Source: Minisyncoccota bacterium
GTDB lineage: Bacteria > Patescibacteriota > Minisyncoccia > Phycocordibacterales > UBA9973
DNA length: 64,000 nucleotides
Reading direction: 5' to 3'
Assembly (NCBI GenBank): GCA_041661005.1
Contig: JBAZVG010000001.1
Span: 607,515 to 671,514 of the forward strand
Positions within the stretch are counted from its first letter, which is position 1; each line of letters begins with the position of its first letter. Shown here one piece after another: positions 28,793 to 38,979 of this stretch. The translations under genes were made by a program, and so were the position numbers. The notes under the pieces are model-generated. The model searched no databases. It was not told where the DNA came from and worked only from the letters and a program-made list of their open reading frames with translations.

Positions 28793-31267
28793 ATGAGCAA
28801 AAAAATTAAAAAAATAATTCCATATTGCCTGATACTGGTCATCTTGGCCGGACTTTTTGGACCACTAGCGCAGATTCGAGCGCAAGGTCCATCCAACGCA
28901 CAGTCGGCAGGGGCATTGGTGACAGGAATACAACAGATAAATGCAGCAACGCCAGACAAAAGTAAATCAGCATTTGAAAATGCCCTTGATGAACATTGCA
29001 GTACCATAGCGAGTGGAAGTATTGGTGGCTGTCTGGCTCAATTATTTTATTTTCTATTTTACACAATACCAACATTTTTGCTTGGATTAACGGGAAAATT
29101 ATTAAATGTTGTTATCGTCCTTTCCTTGGACAGCGCCACATACAAAACTGGCTTCATAGATCAGGCATGGACAGTTGTCCGAGACTTTTCGAATATTTTC
29201 TTCATACTTATATTGCTGTATGTAGCTATTCAAACAATCTTGGGAATGGGTCACGAGACCAAGAAAATAATAGTCCAAGTCATCATCATGGCGTTACTCA
29301 TAAATTTTTCTATGTTTTTTACAAGAGTAGTAATTGATTCATCAAATATCTTAGCGCTTGTTTTTTACAATAAATTGACTACGTCGCAGGGAGACACTCC
29401 GTCAAATATAGTATCTTTGAAAAACAAAAGTACCGTAGAAAAAGGTATAACAGAAAAATTAGTTCAAGGGTTTGATATTACAAGGTTAATTAACGCAGAA
29501 TTTTTTAAACAGGCAAAAACCAGATCGGGGTTTGCTCCAGTATCCTTATCAAGCGCCGGATATACTGGAGCCGGAGCGGTGATTGGGACTTATATATTGC
29601 CAGGAGTGGGTACTGTAATTGGTGGAATCGCAGGGTTTACGTTGGCTTGGATCAACTCTGACAAGGTGCCTCCTTCTCTGCTGATAAGCATACTGATACC
29701 AGCAGGAATCATTATGTACTACGCAATGTACGTCTTTTTCACAGCGGGAATAGCTCTCTTGTCTAGAATAATCGAACTATGGGTGCTTACAATTTTTTCA
29801 CCATTTGCCTTTATGTCTTCAAGTTTGCCTTCACTGGCAAAGTTCCCGGGTGTTGGCTGGAGTGAATGGTTAAAAAGACTTTTTGAGGTAGCTCTCTCGG
29901 CGCCGATTTTTATGTTTTTCCTATTGCTGATTTTTAAAATAGTAGATGCGGATATAACCAAAGATCTACTCTCGCCAACAAGATTAGCGAAAGATCAGTG
30001 GCTCTTAGAAACAATCGTCCTTGTATCAATCGCTGCCTTTATAATTCTAGCACTCCTACAAAAAGCTACAAAATATGCCAAGAAAGCATCGGGAGAATTG
30101 GGAGAATTAATAACGAAGGGCGTAGGTCTAGTCAGTGGACTTGCCATAGGTGGAGGAATAGGTGTTGCAGCGGCAGGTTTGCAGGGGAGCTTGGGACATT
30201 TAGGTCAGAAGGCCTACGAGTCTAAAGGGTTGGCGGAATTGGAAACAAGTAAAAAAACTGGCATAAGAGGATGGGGTGAAAGAAGTATCGGTCGTGGATT
30301 AAGGACCATCGCAGGCGGAGATGACGGCAAAGGTGGATTTGCTGGTTCAAGTTTCGACTTGAGAAAAGGCACAGCTGGTGGAATTTTGAAACTGGCATCC
30401 TCCGCCACTGGGTTTAATTTAGGAGCGCAATCTAAATTCCTCATGAAAGAAGAGGGTGGATATATGGCAGACCTAAAGAGACGAGATGCAAAAAGAAAAG
30501 AGAGAGCCGAGGGATTGCAAGAATCATCAAGCGCAAAAGCCAAAGAAGAATTGCGCGACGCAGAAGACCAGCACCAAACCCTAATGACGGTAAGCTCACA
30601 GCCAATCAAAGAAATTGAAGAAAAAATCAAGAAAGCTCGAGAAGCTAAAAAGGATGCTAAAGCGGGAGATAAAGACGCAATATCAGACAAAATTAAAAAA
30701 CTCGAAGAACAGAAAAAGGCAATCAAGAATGCTAAAGCAAAGTCAATTGAAGAAGCTGAAAAAGATGTTAAAGAAGCAACTGAAGCGGCTGAACAAGCAA
30801 AACAAGCCTTAAAAGACAACCCTGATGACAAAGCCCTTCAAGATGTGGCTTGGGATGCCAACCAAAAATTAGCTGCTACTAAAGCTGGTAGAGCTTCTGC
30901 CATATCTGCTAAGGCTCTTGGTCTCAAGCCTGAAGATATGAGATCTATTAATGATTATGAGGATAATCTGATTAAAGATGCTAAACACAAGGTGCATCAC
31001 ACGGAGGAAAGAGTCGCACGAGCCTTCTCTGAGAATATAGAAAAGCAATTAGCTTGGCCATGGAATAAGGCTGCGCGCAAAAGATCGGCACAAGACATAA
31101 GAATGGGTATCAAGCCGGAAAAAAGTCATGATGAGGGGCACGGCGCACAACACTTTTGGGGTGATTTAGCAGCAGGAGCAATAACAAATGCACTTTCTGA
31201 TCATGGACACGAAGAAAAGAGTGATAATGCTAAACCTAGTGGAGACTCACATGCACCTGGACACTAA
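28793..31267 (+). CDS. polytopic membrane protein (VirB6/TrbL-like, CPR type) with coiled-coil tail
   Basis: W..VRD.SN.FFI, ALLINFSMF, many TM helices; located in the PrgI/VirB4 cluster. Confidence 0.65.
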   Translation: MSKKIKKIIPYCLILVILAGLFGPLAQIRAQGPSNAQSAGALVTGIQQINAATPDKSKSAFENALDEHCSTIASGSIGGCLAQLFYFLFYTIPTFLLGLTGKLLNVVIVLSLDSATYKTGFIDQAWTVVRDFSNIFFILILLYVAIQTILGMGHETKKIIVQVIIMALLINFSMFFTRVVIDSSNILALVFYNKLTTSQGDTPSNIVSLKNKSTVEKGITEKLVQGFDITRLINAEFFKQAKTRSGFAPVSLSSAGYTGAGAVIGTYILPGVGTVIGGIAGFTLAWINSDKVPPSLLISILIPAGIIMYYAMYVFFTAGIALLSRIIELWVLTIFSPFAFMSSSLPSLAKFPGVGWSEWLKRLFEVALSAPIFMFFLLLIFKIVDADITKDLLSPTRLAKDQWLLETIVLVSIAAFIILALLQKATKYAKKASGELGELITKGVGLVSGLAIGGGIGVAAAGLQGSLGHLGQKAYESKGLAELETSKKTGIRGWGERSIGRGLRTIAGGDDGKGGFAGSSFDLRKGTAGGILKLASSATGFNLGAQSKFLMKEEGGYMADLKRRDAKRKERAEGLQESSSAKAKEELRDAEDQHQTLMTVSSQPIKEIEEKIKKAREAKKDAKAGDKDAISDKIKKLEEQKKAIKNAKAKSIEEAEKDVKEATEAAEQAKQALKDNPDDKALQDVAWDANQKLAATKAGRASAISAKALGLKPEDMRSINDYEDNLIKDAKHKVHHTEERVARAFSENIEKQLAWPWNKAARKRSAQDIRMGIKPEKSHDEGHGAQHFWGDLAAGAITNALSDHGHEEKSDNAKPSGDSHAPGH

Positions 31268-31307
31268 AAATTTACTTGTCCCGTACTAAATTATAAAAAC
31301 AAAACAC

Positions 31308-31847
31308 ATGACTGAAAAATTAAAACAAGCAATTGAAGAAGAAATCGCAAAATTGCCCAAAGAAGGGCAAGACGCCATTGGTGCTGTTAATTGGATTAAA
31401 ATAACCGAAGAAATAGGGAAAAAGTTTTTACTGGAAAATGATGAAATAGAAGATTTTCAATTGGAAACATTATTAGTCTTGATCGGATCCGTGGACTCTG
31501 AATTCTATTCAGTTAACATCGAAAACCAAGTGGGCACGACGAAGGAAGAAGCAAAAAATATGGCCGATGAAGCTTTCCAGAAAATATTCGTTCCCATAAG
31601 AAATATTCTGGAAGAAAATATAAAGAAAGATATGAAAAATAAAAATCCGGATTGGAAACAATCTCTTGATTTTATTCTCTCGGGTGGAGACTATCTTTCT
31701 TTTATAACGCCAACACAGACAAATTCTCCTCTTGAGGAGTACCCTTTAGGGGGAGGTGGAATATCCACCCCGTCTGGTAAACCAGCCACCCCTCAAGAGG
31801 GGAACGATCAAGAAACAGTTATCCCAGTGTTTTCGATAAAAAAATAA
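31308..31847 (+). CDS. hypothetical helical protein
   Basis: 179-aa ORF; resembles the next gene (LP.E...AI.AV.W, ET.L.L.G); family E insert near the C-terminus. Confidence 0.75.
   Translation: MTEKLKQAIEEEIAKLPKEGQDAIGAVNWIKITEEIGKKFLLENDEIEDFQLETLLVLIGSVDSEFYSVNIENQVGTTKEEAKNMADEAFQKIFVPIRNILEENIKKDMKNKNPDWKQSLDFILSGGDYLSFITPTQTNSPLEEYPLGGGGISTPSGKPATPQEGNDQETVIPVFSIKK
31724..31804 (+). repeat. family E element, in frame
   Basis: Encodes SPLEEYPLGGGGISTPSGKPATPQEG, homologous to the rsmA insert. Confidence 0.9.
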
Positions 31848-31880
31848 ACCAACAATTAAAATCTAAGCTATAATAACACC

Positions 31881-32549
31881 ATGACAGATACAATAGACTT
31901 GTTGCAAATAAAAATAGAGAAAGCGAAAAGGGAACTTCCGTCGGAAACTTTGAACGCCATTAACGCTGTCGACTGGAAGGCGTCCATCTTGGAACTGCGA
32001 GCAAAAAAGGGATACACCTTTGAACAGTTGAGTGATCTCGAGCTTGAAACAGAATTATTGCTTTGTGGACTTGCTCGTGCAGAAGATTACCCAAAAGAAC
32101 TGGAAAAAAGAATGGGGATTTCAAAATCGGCTACTAATGATCTGGTAAATGAAATGAACAACTTGGTTTTTAGAAAAATAAGAGAAGAATTAATCAAAAA
32201 TACTGAGAGAAAAAAAATATACGCGCAAAATGAACAAAAAAACACCAGCGACTCTCAAATCCTAAAATCAGTCGGTATTGAAATCGTCGAAAAAGAAACC
32301 TTGCCAGTGGCAGAGAAACTAGAACTCACGACAGCGCCCGTGGCTGGAGAAAAGTTTAAAGAAATCAGGAAGGAAGTGTTAGAAAAGATAGAAAATCCAG
32401 AGCCCGCTCATCCGATATTGGCTCAGAAATTGTCCGCCTCAGTCCAAGCTCCAATAGTCAAAACAGATCATTCGCTAGGCAACCTGTCTAAGACAAATAC
32501 ACCAAACACCACGCCCAAAATAGATCCTTACCGCGAAATACCGGAGTAG
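31881..32549 (+). CDS. hypothetical protein (CPR DPYRE C-terminal family)
   Basis: C-terminal IDPYREIPE. Confidence 0.75.
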   Translation: MTDTIDLLQIKIEKAKRELPSETLNAINAVDWKASILELRAKKGYTFEQLSDLELETELLLCGLARAEDYPKELEKRMGISKSATNDLVNEMNNLVFRKIREELIKNTERKKIYAQNEQKNTSDSQILKSVGIEIVEKETLPVAEKLELTTAPVAGEKFKEIRKEVLEKIENPEPAHPILAQKLSASVQAPIVKTDHSLGNLSKTNTPNTTPKIDPYREIPE

Positions 32550-32598
32550 ACACTGTGGGAGAGTAATCAGATTCATGTTAAACTTAGGTTAGTTCTCA

Positions 32599-33015
32599 AT
32601 GCAATTCAAAGTACCACAATTTTTAGATATAGAAGACAAGATCTTTGGTCCATTCACTTTCAAAGAGTTTGTTTACTTGGCAGGTGGAGCAGGTCTTTGT
32701 TTTGTGCTTTATAAATTGCTGGGGCTCGTCTGGGGCGCTATACCGATCTTGGCAGTCGGAGGATTTTCAATAGCTCTCGCTCGATATAGACCCAACAACA
32801 AACCTTTCATCAATATGATCGAGGCGGGATTTAGCTATTTAATGCAGAGCAAGCTCTACATTTGGAAAAGACGCACAAATAAAGCGAACACTAAAGAACA
32901 GAAAGAGATAGCAAATGAAAATATTGTCATGAATAGGAACACGGTAAGGTTAGGAGGGAACAAGTTGCGGGATTTGGCTTGGAGCCTGGACGTGCTTGAT
33001 TTAAAAAAGCAGTAA
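32599..33015 (+). CDS. PrgI-family protein
   Basis: MQFKVPQF.DIEDKIFGPFTFKEF plus two TM helices. Confidence 0.88.
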   Translation: MQFKVPQFLDIEDKIFGPFTFKEFVYLAGGAGLCFVLYKLLGLVWGAIPILAVGGFSIALARYRPNNKPFINMIEAGFSYLMQSKLYIWKRRTNKANTKEQKEIANENIVMNRNTVRLGGNKLRDLAWSLDVLDLKKQ

Positions 33016-33024
33016 ATTAATAAT

Positions 33025-33666
33025 ATGTCTTTAAACGCAAAAGCAACTCAAGAGTTTGTGCCAATCAAGGAAGTCCGCGATGGAGTAATCGTGCTAAAAG
33101 ACGGCGGATTGCGAGCAATCATACTCGCTAATTCGGTCAATTTATCGCTAAAGTCAGGTGAAGAACAAAAGGCCACCATTTTTCAATTCCAAAGTTTTTT
33201 GAATACTTTAGATTTCGCCGTTCAGATATCGGTGCAAAGCAGAAGGCTGGATATCCGACCGTATCTATTGCTTTTAGAAGACCGAGCAAAAGTGCAAAAC
33301 GAGCCCTTGCTCAAATTGCAAACAAAGGAATACATAGAGTTCATAAGAAATTTTACCGAATCAGTAAGCATAATGACTAAAAGTTTTTTTGTGGTAGTTC
33401 CATATACGCACACTGTTTTAAGATCAGACTCCGGGATATTAAAAAGATTGTTCCAAAAAAGAAACAAAGAAGAAGCAAACACTGCAAAACAAGAAGATTT
33501 CGAGGAAAAGAGATCGCAACTGGAAGAAAGAGTAAGCGTGATCGAACAAGGGCTCAGTCGCTGTGGCATAAAATCAGCCCAGCTGGGCACGGAAGAAGTC
33601 GTGGAAGTATTTTATAAAGTATTTAATCCGGGGGAAGTGGAGGGGAAGATTAAAATTGAACAATAA
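33025..33666 (+). CDS. TraC/VirB4-N-like protein
   Basis: TQEFVPIKEVRDG, FQSFLNTLDF.VQI; sits between PrgI and the VirB4 ATPase. Confidence 0.75.
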   Translation: MSLNAKATQEFVPIKEVRDGVIVLKDGGLRAIILANSVNLSLKSGEEQKATIFQFQSFLNTLDFAVQISVQSRRLDIRPYLLLLEDRAKVQNEPLLKLQTKEYIEFIRNFTESVSIMTKSFFVVVPYTHTVLRSDSGILKRLFQKRNKEEANTAKQEDFEEKRSQLEERVSVIEQGLSRCGIKSAQLGTEEVVEVFYKVFNPGEVEGKIKIEQ

Positions 33667-33671
33667 AGATT

Positions 33672-35519
33672 ATGGGCATATTTGATAAATTATTTAAAAA
33701 AAAAGGAAGTAACTCTTACGGAGGCGAAGCCAATGCGTCTATTCTAGCGGTATTACCGGAACAAATCTATGAATCGGCGAGTCTAGAGCTCCAAGATGTG
33801 ATCGCGCCATCAGCGCTCAAAATCGAATCAAAGTCCATAAATTTGGGCGACAAAATCGCTCGAACATTTTTTATAATATCTTACCCGAGATTTTTGACTG
33901 ACAATTGGTTTTCTCCGATAATCAATTTGGACAAAGTTTTTGATATTTCAATTTTCATCCATCCGATAGACACCTCTTTGATGCTACGACAATTTCAGAA
34001 AAAAGTTGCAGAAGTGCAAAGCCAGATAAATGTGCGTGAAACAAAAGGCATGGTACGCGATCCGATGCTTGACACTTCCTACCAAGACCTCGAAGGGTTG
34101 CGCGACAGCTTGATCCAAGCGCAGGAAAAAATGTTTGATGTCGGAATTTACATAACTATTTATGCCGATAATGAACTTGAGCTTTTCAAAACTGAAAATG
34201 AAATAAAATCCATGTTGGAATCTAAATTGATATACATCAAACCAGCGCTTTTTCAACAAGAAGACGGTTTCAAGAGCGTCATACCGATAAATACCGACTT
34301 GCTAAATATTCACCAAAAATTAAATTCGGAGCCCCTCTCGAGCGTTTTCCCGTTTATCTCTTTCGATCTGACTTCTGACAAAGGCATCCTTTACGGCATC
34401 AATAGACACAACTCAAGCTTAGTGATCTTCGATAGGTTCAGCTTAGAAAACTATAATTCAGTAACTTTTGCCAAATCAGGTTCAGGAAAATCATACGCGA
34501 CAAAATTGGAAATCCTCAGGTCTTTGATGTTTGATGTTGACGTGATAGTGATAGACCCAGAAAGGGAATACGAGTTTTTGTCTGAAGCCGTGGGTGGGAG
34601 ATATTTCAACATCTCCCTTTCTTCAGACCATCATATGAATCCGTTTGATCTGCCAATGCCACGTGAAGACGAAACGGCTGAAGATGTGTTGCGTTCAAAC
34701 ACCATTAATCTGGTCGGGCTCTTTCGATTGATGCTGGGAGGACTCACGCCCGAAGAAGATTCGATGGTTGATCGAGCCATTTCAGAAACTTATGCCATCA
34801 AGGATATAACTCCAGAATCGGATTTTTCAAATATCGAGCCTCCACTCCTTTCAGACTTTGAGATGGTGCTAGGAGGAATGGATGGAAGCGATTCGATCGT
34901 GCAACGTTTGGCAAAATACACCAAAGGCTCTTGGGCAACTTTTTTAAATAGACCAAGTAACGTGGACATCAATAAAAAGTTCATCGTCTTCTCTGTCCGC
35001 GATATGGAGGACGAATTGAAACCGGTCGCAATGTATATAATCATGCATTACATCTGGAATTCGATACGCAAAAATCTGAAAAAACGTTTACTGGTCGTCG
35101 ATGAAGCTTGGTGGATGATGAAATCCGAAGACACTGCTTCGTTCCTATATTCTATCGCCAAAAGAGGCAGAAAATATTATTTGGGACTTTCTACGATCAC
35201 CCAAGACGCGGCTGACTTCATGAAATCTCCATATGGCGTACCGATAATCACCAACTCCTCTATCCAGCTATTGTTAAAACAATCTCCGACAACTATTGAT
35301 ATACTGCAAAAAACATTCAATTTAACTGACGAAGAAAAATACCTCCTGCTCGAATCGAGCGTGGGCGAAGGCATCTTCTTTGCAGGGTTAAAGCACGTTG
35401 CCATAAAAATAATTTCTTCCTACATAGAAGATCAGATAATTACCAGTGACCCTTCGCAGATATTGTTAAATAGAAAAGCAAAAGAAGAACAAGAGGCGGG
35501 GACGCTAGTTGCAAAGTAA
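33672..35519 (+). CDS. VirB4/TraE-like ATPase
   Basis: Walker A AKSGSGKS, IDPEREY, Walker B VVDEAW, KRGRKY, ITQD. Confidence 0.9.
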   Translation: MGIFDKLFKKKGSNSYGGEANASILAVLPEQIYESASLELQDVIAPSALKIESKSINLGDKIARTFFIISYPRFLTDNWFSPIINLDKVFDISIFIHPIDTSLMLRQFQKKVAEVQSQINVRETKGMVRDPMLDTSYQDLEGLRDSLIQAQEKMFDVGIYITIYADNELELFKTENEIKSMLESKLIYIKPALFQQEDGFKSVIPINTDLLNIHQKLNSEPLSSVFPFISFDLTSDKGILYGINRHNSSLVIFDRFSLENYNSVTFAKSGSGKSYATKLEILRSLMFDVDVIVIDPEREYEFLSEAVGGRYFNISLSSDHHMNPFDLPMPREDETAEDVLRSNTINLVGLFRLMLGGLTPEEDSMVDRAISETYAIKDITPESDFSNIEPPLLSDFEMVLGGMDGSDSIVQRLAKYTKGSWATFLNRPSNVDINKKFIVFSVRDMEDELKPVAMYIIMHYIWNSIRKNLKKRLLVVDEAWWMMKSEDTASFLYSIAKRGRKYYLGLSTITQDAADFMKSPYGVPIITNSSIQLLLKQSPTTIDILQKTFNLTDEEKYLLLESSVGEGIFFAGLKHVAIKIISSYIEDQIITSDPSQILLNRKAKEEQEAGTLVAK

Positions 35520-35522
35520 TAC

Positions 35523-35598
35523 AACCCCTCCCAACCTCCCCTTGTCAGGGGAGGAAAAATTCGGAGTGTCTCCCTGACAAGGGGGATATAGGGGGTTG
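35523..35598. repeat. C-rich/G-rich palindromic element
   Basis: CAACCCC...CCCCTTGTCAGGG...CCCTGACAAGGGG...GGGGTTG inverted repeats. Confidence 0.6.
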
Positions 35599-35620
35599 AA
35601 TTATGGTATAATTAAATTGC

Positions 35621-36610
35621 ATGAAATTTGGAAAATTTTTGTCATTATGTTTAATCGCCACGTTTGCAGTATTTGTAATTATTCCAACATACAAGGCAAA
35701 CGCTCAATCGTCTGGTGGCATCTCGATCAACATGTCGCCCTCCAATCCGGCGCCGTATGAAAACACGACTATCACCCTAAAAAGTTATGAGAGCAATCTA
35801 GACAGCGTCTTGATATCTTGGTCTATCGATGGAAAAGTTTCCTCCTCGGGTATTGGCAAAAAATCATTCTCTGTCACCGCTCCAGCCACAGGAGGGGAGA
35901 TGCGTGTTGTGGCCACAATATCTTTACCAAGTGGCCCAAAAAATATAAGTTTAACGATAAAGCCCTCTGTAATGGTTCTACTTTGGCAGGCAAACGACTC
36001 GCATGTTCCTCCTTTTTATAAAGGCAAGGCTCTACCAACCCCTGACAGCGAAGTGAAGGTTGTAGCGATGCCTGAAATAAGAAATAGTTCTGGTAATATT
36101 CCTCCACAGAACATGATCTACTCTTGGAAAAAAGACTACACCAACAACGTAGACGGTTCAGGCTATGGTAAAAGTTTTTTTCTCTACATAAACGATTATT
36201 TAGAAGACTCAAATAATATTTCAGTCGTAGTTTCGACCATAGATCAACAACTTTCATCGAATGCAAGCATAGACATAGGAACAGTCCAACCAAAAATATT
36301 ATTTTACAAAAATGACGCCAATCTTGGCACGATTTTAGAGCATTCACTGCTTAATCCTCACAAAATACAAGGAGGGGAGATATTAGAAGCAATACCTTAT
36401 TTTATTTCACCGAAAGAAATACAAAATCCGACCTTGGTCTGGAATTGGTATATCAATGACAATTTGGTAAACTTAATAAGTCCTAAAAAAAATTTAATGC
36501 CGTTGCAGGTGGAAGCAGGGACACACGGAACATCCAAACTAAGGCTCAATATTGAAAATCAAGACAAAATTTTTCAAACAGCAAATAAGGAAATAAATAT
36601 AGAATTCTAA
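35621..36610 (+). CDS. secreted beta-rich (Ig/PKD-like) protein
   Basis: Signal peptide; repeated W.I.G/D beta motifs. Confidence 0.75.
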   Translation: MKFGKFLSLCLIATFAVFVIIPTYKANAQSSGGISINMSPSNPAPYENTTITLKSYESNLDSVLISWSIDGKVSSSGIGKKSFSVTAPATGGEMRVVATISLPSGPKNISLTIKPSVMVLLWQANDSHVPPFYKGKALPTPDSEVKVVAMPEIRNSSGNIPPQNMIYSWKKDYTNNVDGSGYGKSFFLYINDYLEDSNNISVVVSTIDQQLSSNASIDIGTVQPKILFYKNDANLGTILEHSLLNPHKIQGGEILEAIPYFISPKEIQNPTLVWNWYINDNLVNLISPKKNLMPLQVEAGTHGTSKLRLNIENQDKIFQTANKEINIEF

Positions 36611-36616
36611 AATAGA

Positions 36617-37255
36617 ATGAAACATGTAAAATACATTTTAATACTTATAATACTAGTTGGTATATTTGGCACAATAACGCAGGTGAGTGCGCAAGGTTAC
36701 CGAATTGGAGACACAAGCACACAATCAGGCACAACAGCTGCAGATGCGATAAATGTGCAAAATGCGCGACAAATATTGAATAATCCTAATTCTACTCCAG
36801 CGCAAAGAGCTACGGCCACTGCGCAAATTAATGCAATAAATGCACAAGCGGCGGCGGCAAATCCGCCACCAACTCAAACACCATCCACTCCAGCAAACAC
36901 AAAATATCAGCTTTTGGCTCCATTGCCCGATCCATATAACAACAATCAACTGAAAAAAGAAATCAACACGACAAGCGGATTTGGCGCATATCTAAATCTG
37001 ATGATAAAAATATTTATAGGTCTTGCCGCAGTTTTGTCTGTGGTAATGATTGTAGTGGGTGGGTTAGAAGTTATGACAAGTGAGCTTTCTCACACTAAAA
37101 CAGCAGGTAAGGAAAAAATAGCGCACGCCATCTTGGGACTTGTTATAGCCCTGGGAGCTTACGCGCTTCTTTATACGATAAATCCAGACTTATTAAAGAG
37201 CGATCTGTGTATTCATCCACAAGTTTTTCAAAATGGAAAATGTGTTAATCCATAA
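36617..37255 (+). CDS. CPR T4SS-type pilin-like protein
   Basis: LAVVMIVVGG-like TM pair, GK.KI..AI.GL, LL.TINPDL. Confidence 0.75.
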   Translation: MKHVKYILILIILVGIFGTITQVSAQGYRIGDTSTQSGTTAADAINVQNARQILNNPNSTPAQRATATAQINAINAQAAAANPPPTQTPSTPANTKYQLLAPLPDPYNNNQLKKEINTTSGFGAYLNLMIKIFIGLAAVLSVVMIVVGGLEVMTSELSHTKTAGKEKIAHAILGLVIALGAYALLYTINPDLLKSDLCIHPQVFQNGKCVNP

Positions 37256-37257
37256 TT

Positions 37258-38844
37258 ATGCCAAAAAGAAATTTCGTACTTTTAATAATAGTTCTGGTAA
37301 TCGCGGTAATTGCGATTTTTGGATTTTATTATTTTCAGCCGGAAACAACCGAGCCGGGAAGTGAGAATGAAAACACTGGTACAAATTTTATCTCACAATT
37401 CAATCCATTTGGAAGCAAAAAGGAACCCACAGAAACTGTCACACCTTCGGTTGAGGTCTCAGGCTATCAACCTCCTGTTGAAGACATACAAAAAAAACTA
37501 AATAAAGTTTCAACTATGCCCGTAGCAGGATTCACGGTTTTTTCCAAAGAAAGGTTAAAAGAAATACCGATAATAGTGCCAACAACAGCCCCAAGCATTC
37601 CCTACAACTTCGGTTCTGTTACTCTCAAAAATGGAAGCACTGGTGAAGCAGTTATGGAAATTCAAAGATTTTTAAACAATACGCTTGATCTTAGTTTAGA
37701 GCTTGACGGTATATTAGATGCGGAAATAATTACCACAATTAAAGAGTGGCAAAGTAATAATGATTTAGTTGCCGATGGTATCGTCGGCGCAAAAACAAAA
37801 GCGATGATGTACTCATCGGTAAATCAAGAAATAATAACAACGAAACCAAAAAAGCCATTGACTGAATTCGCGTCCGCCTTGAGATATGTTGACAGAGCGA
37901 CTGGAAATATTTACCAAACCTTCGCTGATAAAATCGAAGAAAAAAAATTCTCTGCGACCATAATACCAAAAGTGCATGAGGCATTCTTTGATAGCAAAGG
38001 AGAGTCTGTAATTATGCGTTATCTAAAAGAAGATGAGAGAACTATAGAAACTTTTGTCGGAACACTTCCGAAAGAATTGTTGGGAGGGGAGGCAAAAGAC
38101 AGTAATGAAATCAAGGGAACTTTTCTTCCAAATAATATCAAAGACATAAGCATGTCGCCCGATGGTTCGAAGATATTCTATTTATTCAATGTTGGAGACA
38201 GTGTAGCGGGCGCCACTTTTAGTTTTTTAAATAACAAAAAAGCTCAAATATTTGATTCTCCTTTTACAGAATGGCTGTCATTTTGGCCAGCTAAAAATGT
38301 TATTACCCTCACGACCAAACCTTCCGCCAATGTCCCCGGATACATGTATAGCATTGATGGGGCTGGTAAAAATTTGACCAAAGTGCTGGGTGGCATAAAC
38401 GGGTTGACTACACTAGGAAGCCCGGACGGAAAATTAATTCTTTACAGCGACAATAATTTATCACTTAATATTTATCATACAGATACAAGGAGTTCGGATC
38501 TATTAGGAATAAAAACTCTGCCAGAAAAATGTATCTGGAATAAAGGGGGGAAAGCAAACGATGTCATCTACTGCGCAGTGCCAAAATCTATTAACCTAAA
38601 CCAATATCCAGATGTTTGGTATCAAGGAGAAATATCTTTTAACGATCAGATTTGGAAAATAGATGTCAAAACAGGAAATGGAACAATGATTGTAGACCCA
38701 ATCACTGTCGATAGGGGACCTGCCTCATCGAGTCAAGGCATAGGAGAAATCGATGGCATCAAGCTTGCCTTGGATGAAAGTGAAAATTATTTATTTTTCG
38801 TGAACAAAAAAGATTCTTTTCTCTGGAAATTGGATTTGGAATAA
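37258..38844 (+). CDS. membrane-anchored protein with peptidoglycan-binding domain and beta-propeller
   Basis: N-terminal TM; LVADGIVGAKT; SPDG repeats. Confidence 0.75.
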   Translation: MPKRNFVLLIIVLVIAVIAIFGFYYFQPETTEPGSENENTGTNFISQFNPFGSKKEPTETVTPSVEVSGYQPPVEDIQKKLNKVSTMPVAGFTVFSKERLKEIPIIVPTTAPSIPYNFGSVTLKNGSTGEAVMEIQRFLNNTLDLSLELDGILDAEIITTIKEWQSNNDLVADGIVGAKTKAMMYSSVNQEIITTKPKKPLTEFASALRYVDRATGNIYQTFADKIEEKKFSATIIPKVHEAFFDSKGESVIMRYLKEDERTIETFVGTLPKELLGGEAKDSNEIKGTFLPNNIKDISMSPDGSKIFYLFNVGDSVAGATFSFLNNKKAQIFDSPFTEWLSFWPAKNVITLTTKPSANVPGYMYSIDGAGKNLTKVLGGINGLTTLGSPDGKLILYSDNNLSLNIYHTDTRSSDLLGIKTLPEKCIWNKGGKANDVIYCAVPKSINLNQYPDVWYQGEISFNDQIWKIDVKTGNGTMIVDPITVDRGPASSSQGIGEIDGIKLALDESENYLFFVNKKDSFLWKLDLE

Positions 38845-38979
38845 AATTCCAAAACTTGTTGCAGGTGTAGTTTTAGATAGACATTGCGCAGGCTGTCGAG
38901 CCGAGCATAGCAAATTTTCAGCAGAAAATTATGTCGTGTCTAGATAAAACTATACCAAGAAAGAGTTTTGGAATTTTAT
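38841..38979 (+). repeat. family A variant bridging two convergent stop codons
   Basis: Core GCAGGCTGTCGAGCCGAG at 38888-38905; 15-bp IR ATAAAATTCCAAAAC/GTTTTGGAATTTTAT; contains the family C hairpin AATTTTCAGCAGAAAATT. Confidence 0.85.

Noticed and set aside
32599-35519. Integrative conjugative element
   Set aside because: No relaxase, integrase or boundaries; embedded among core genes.
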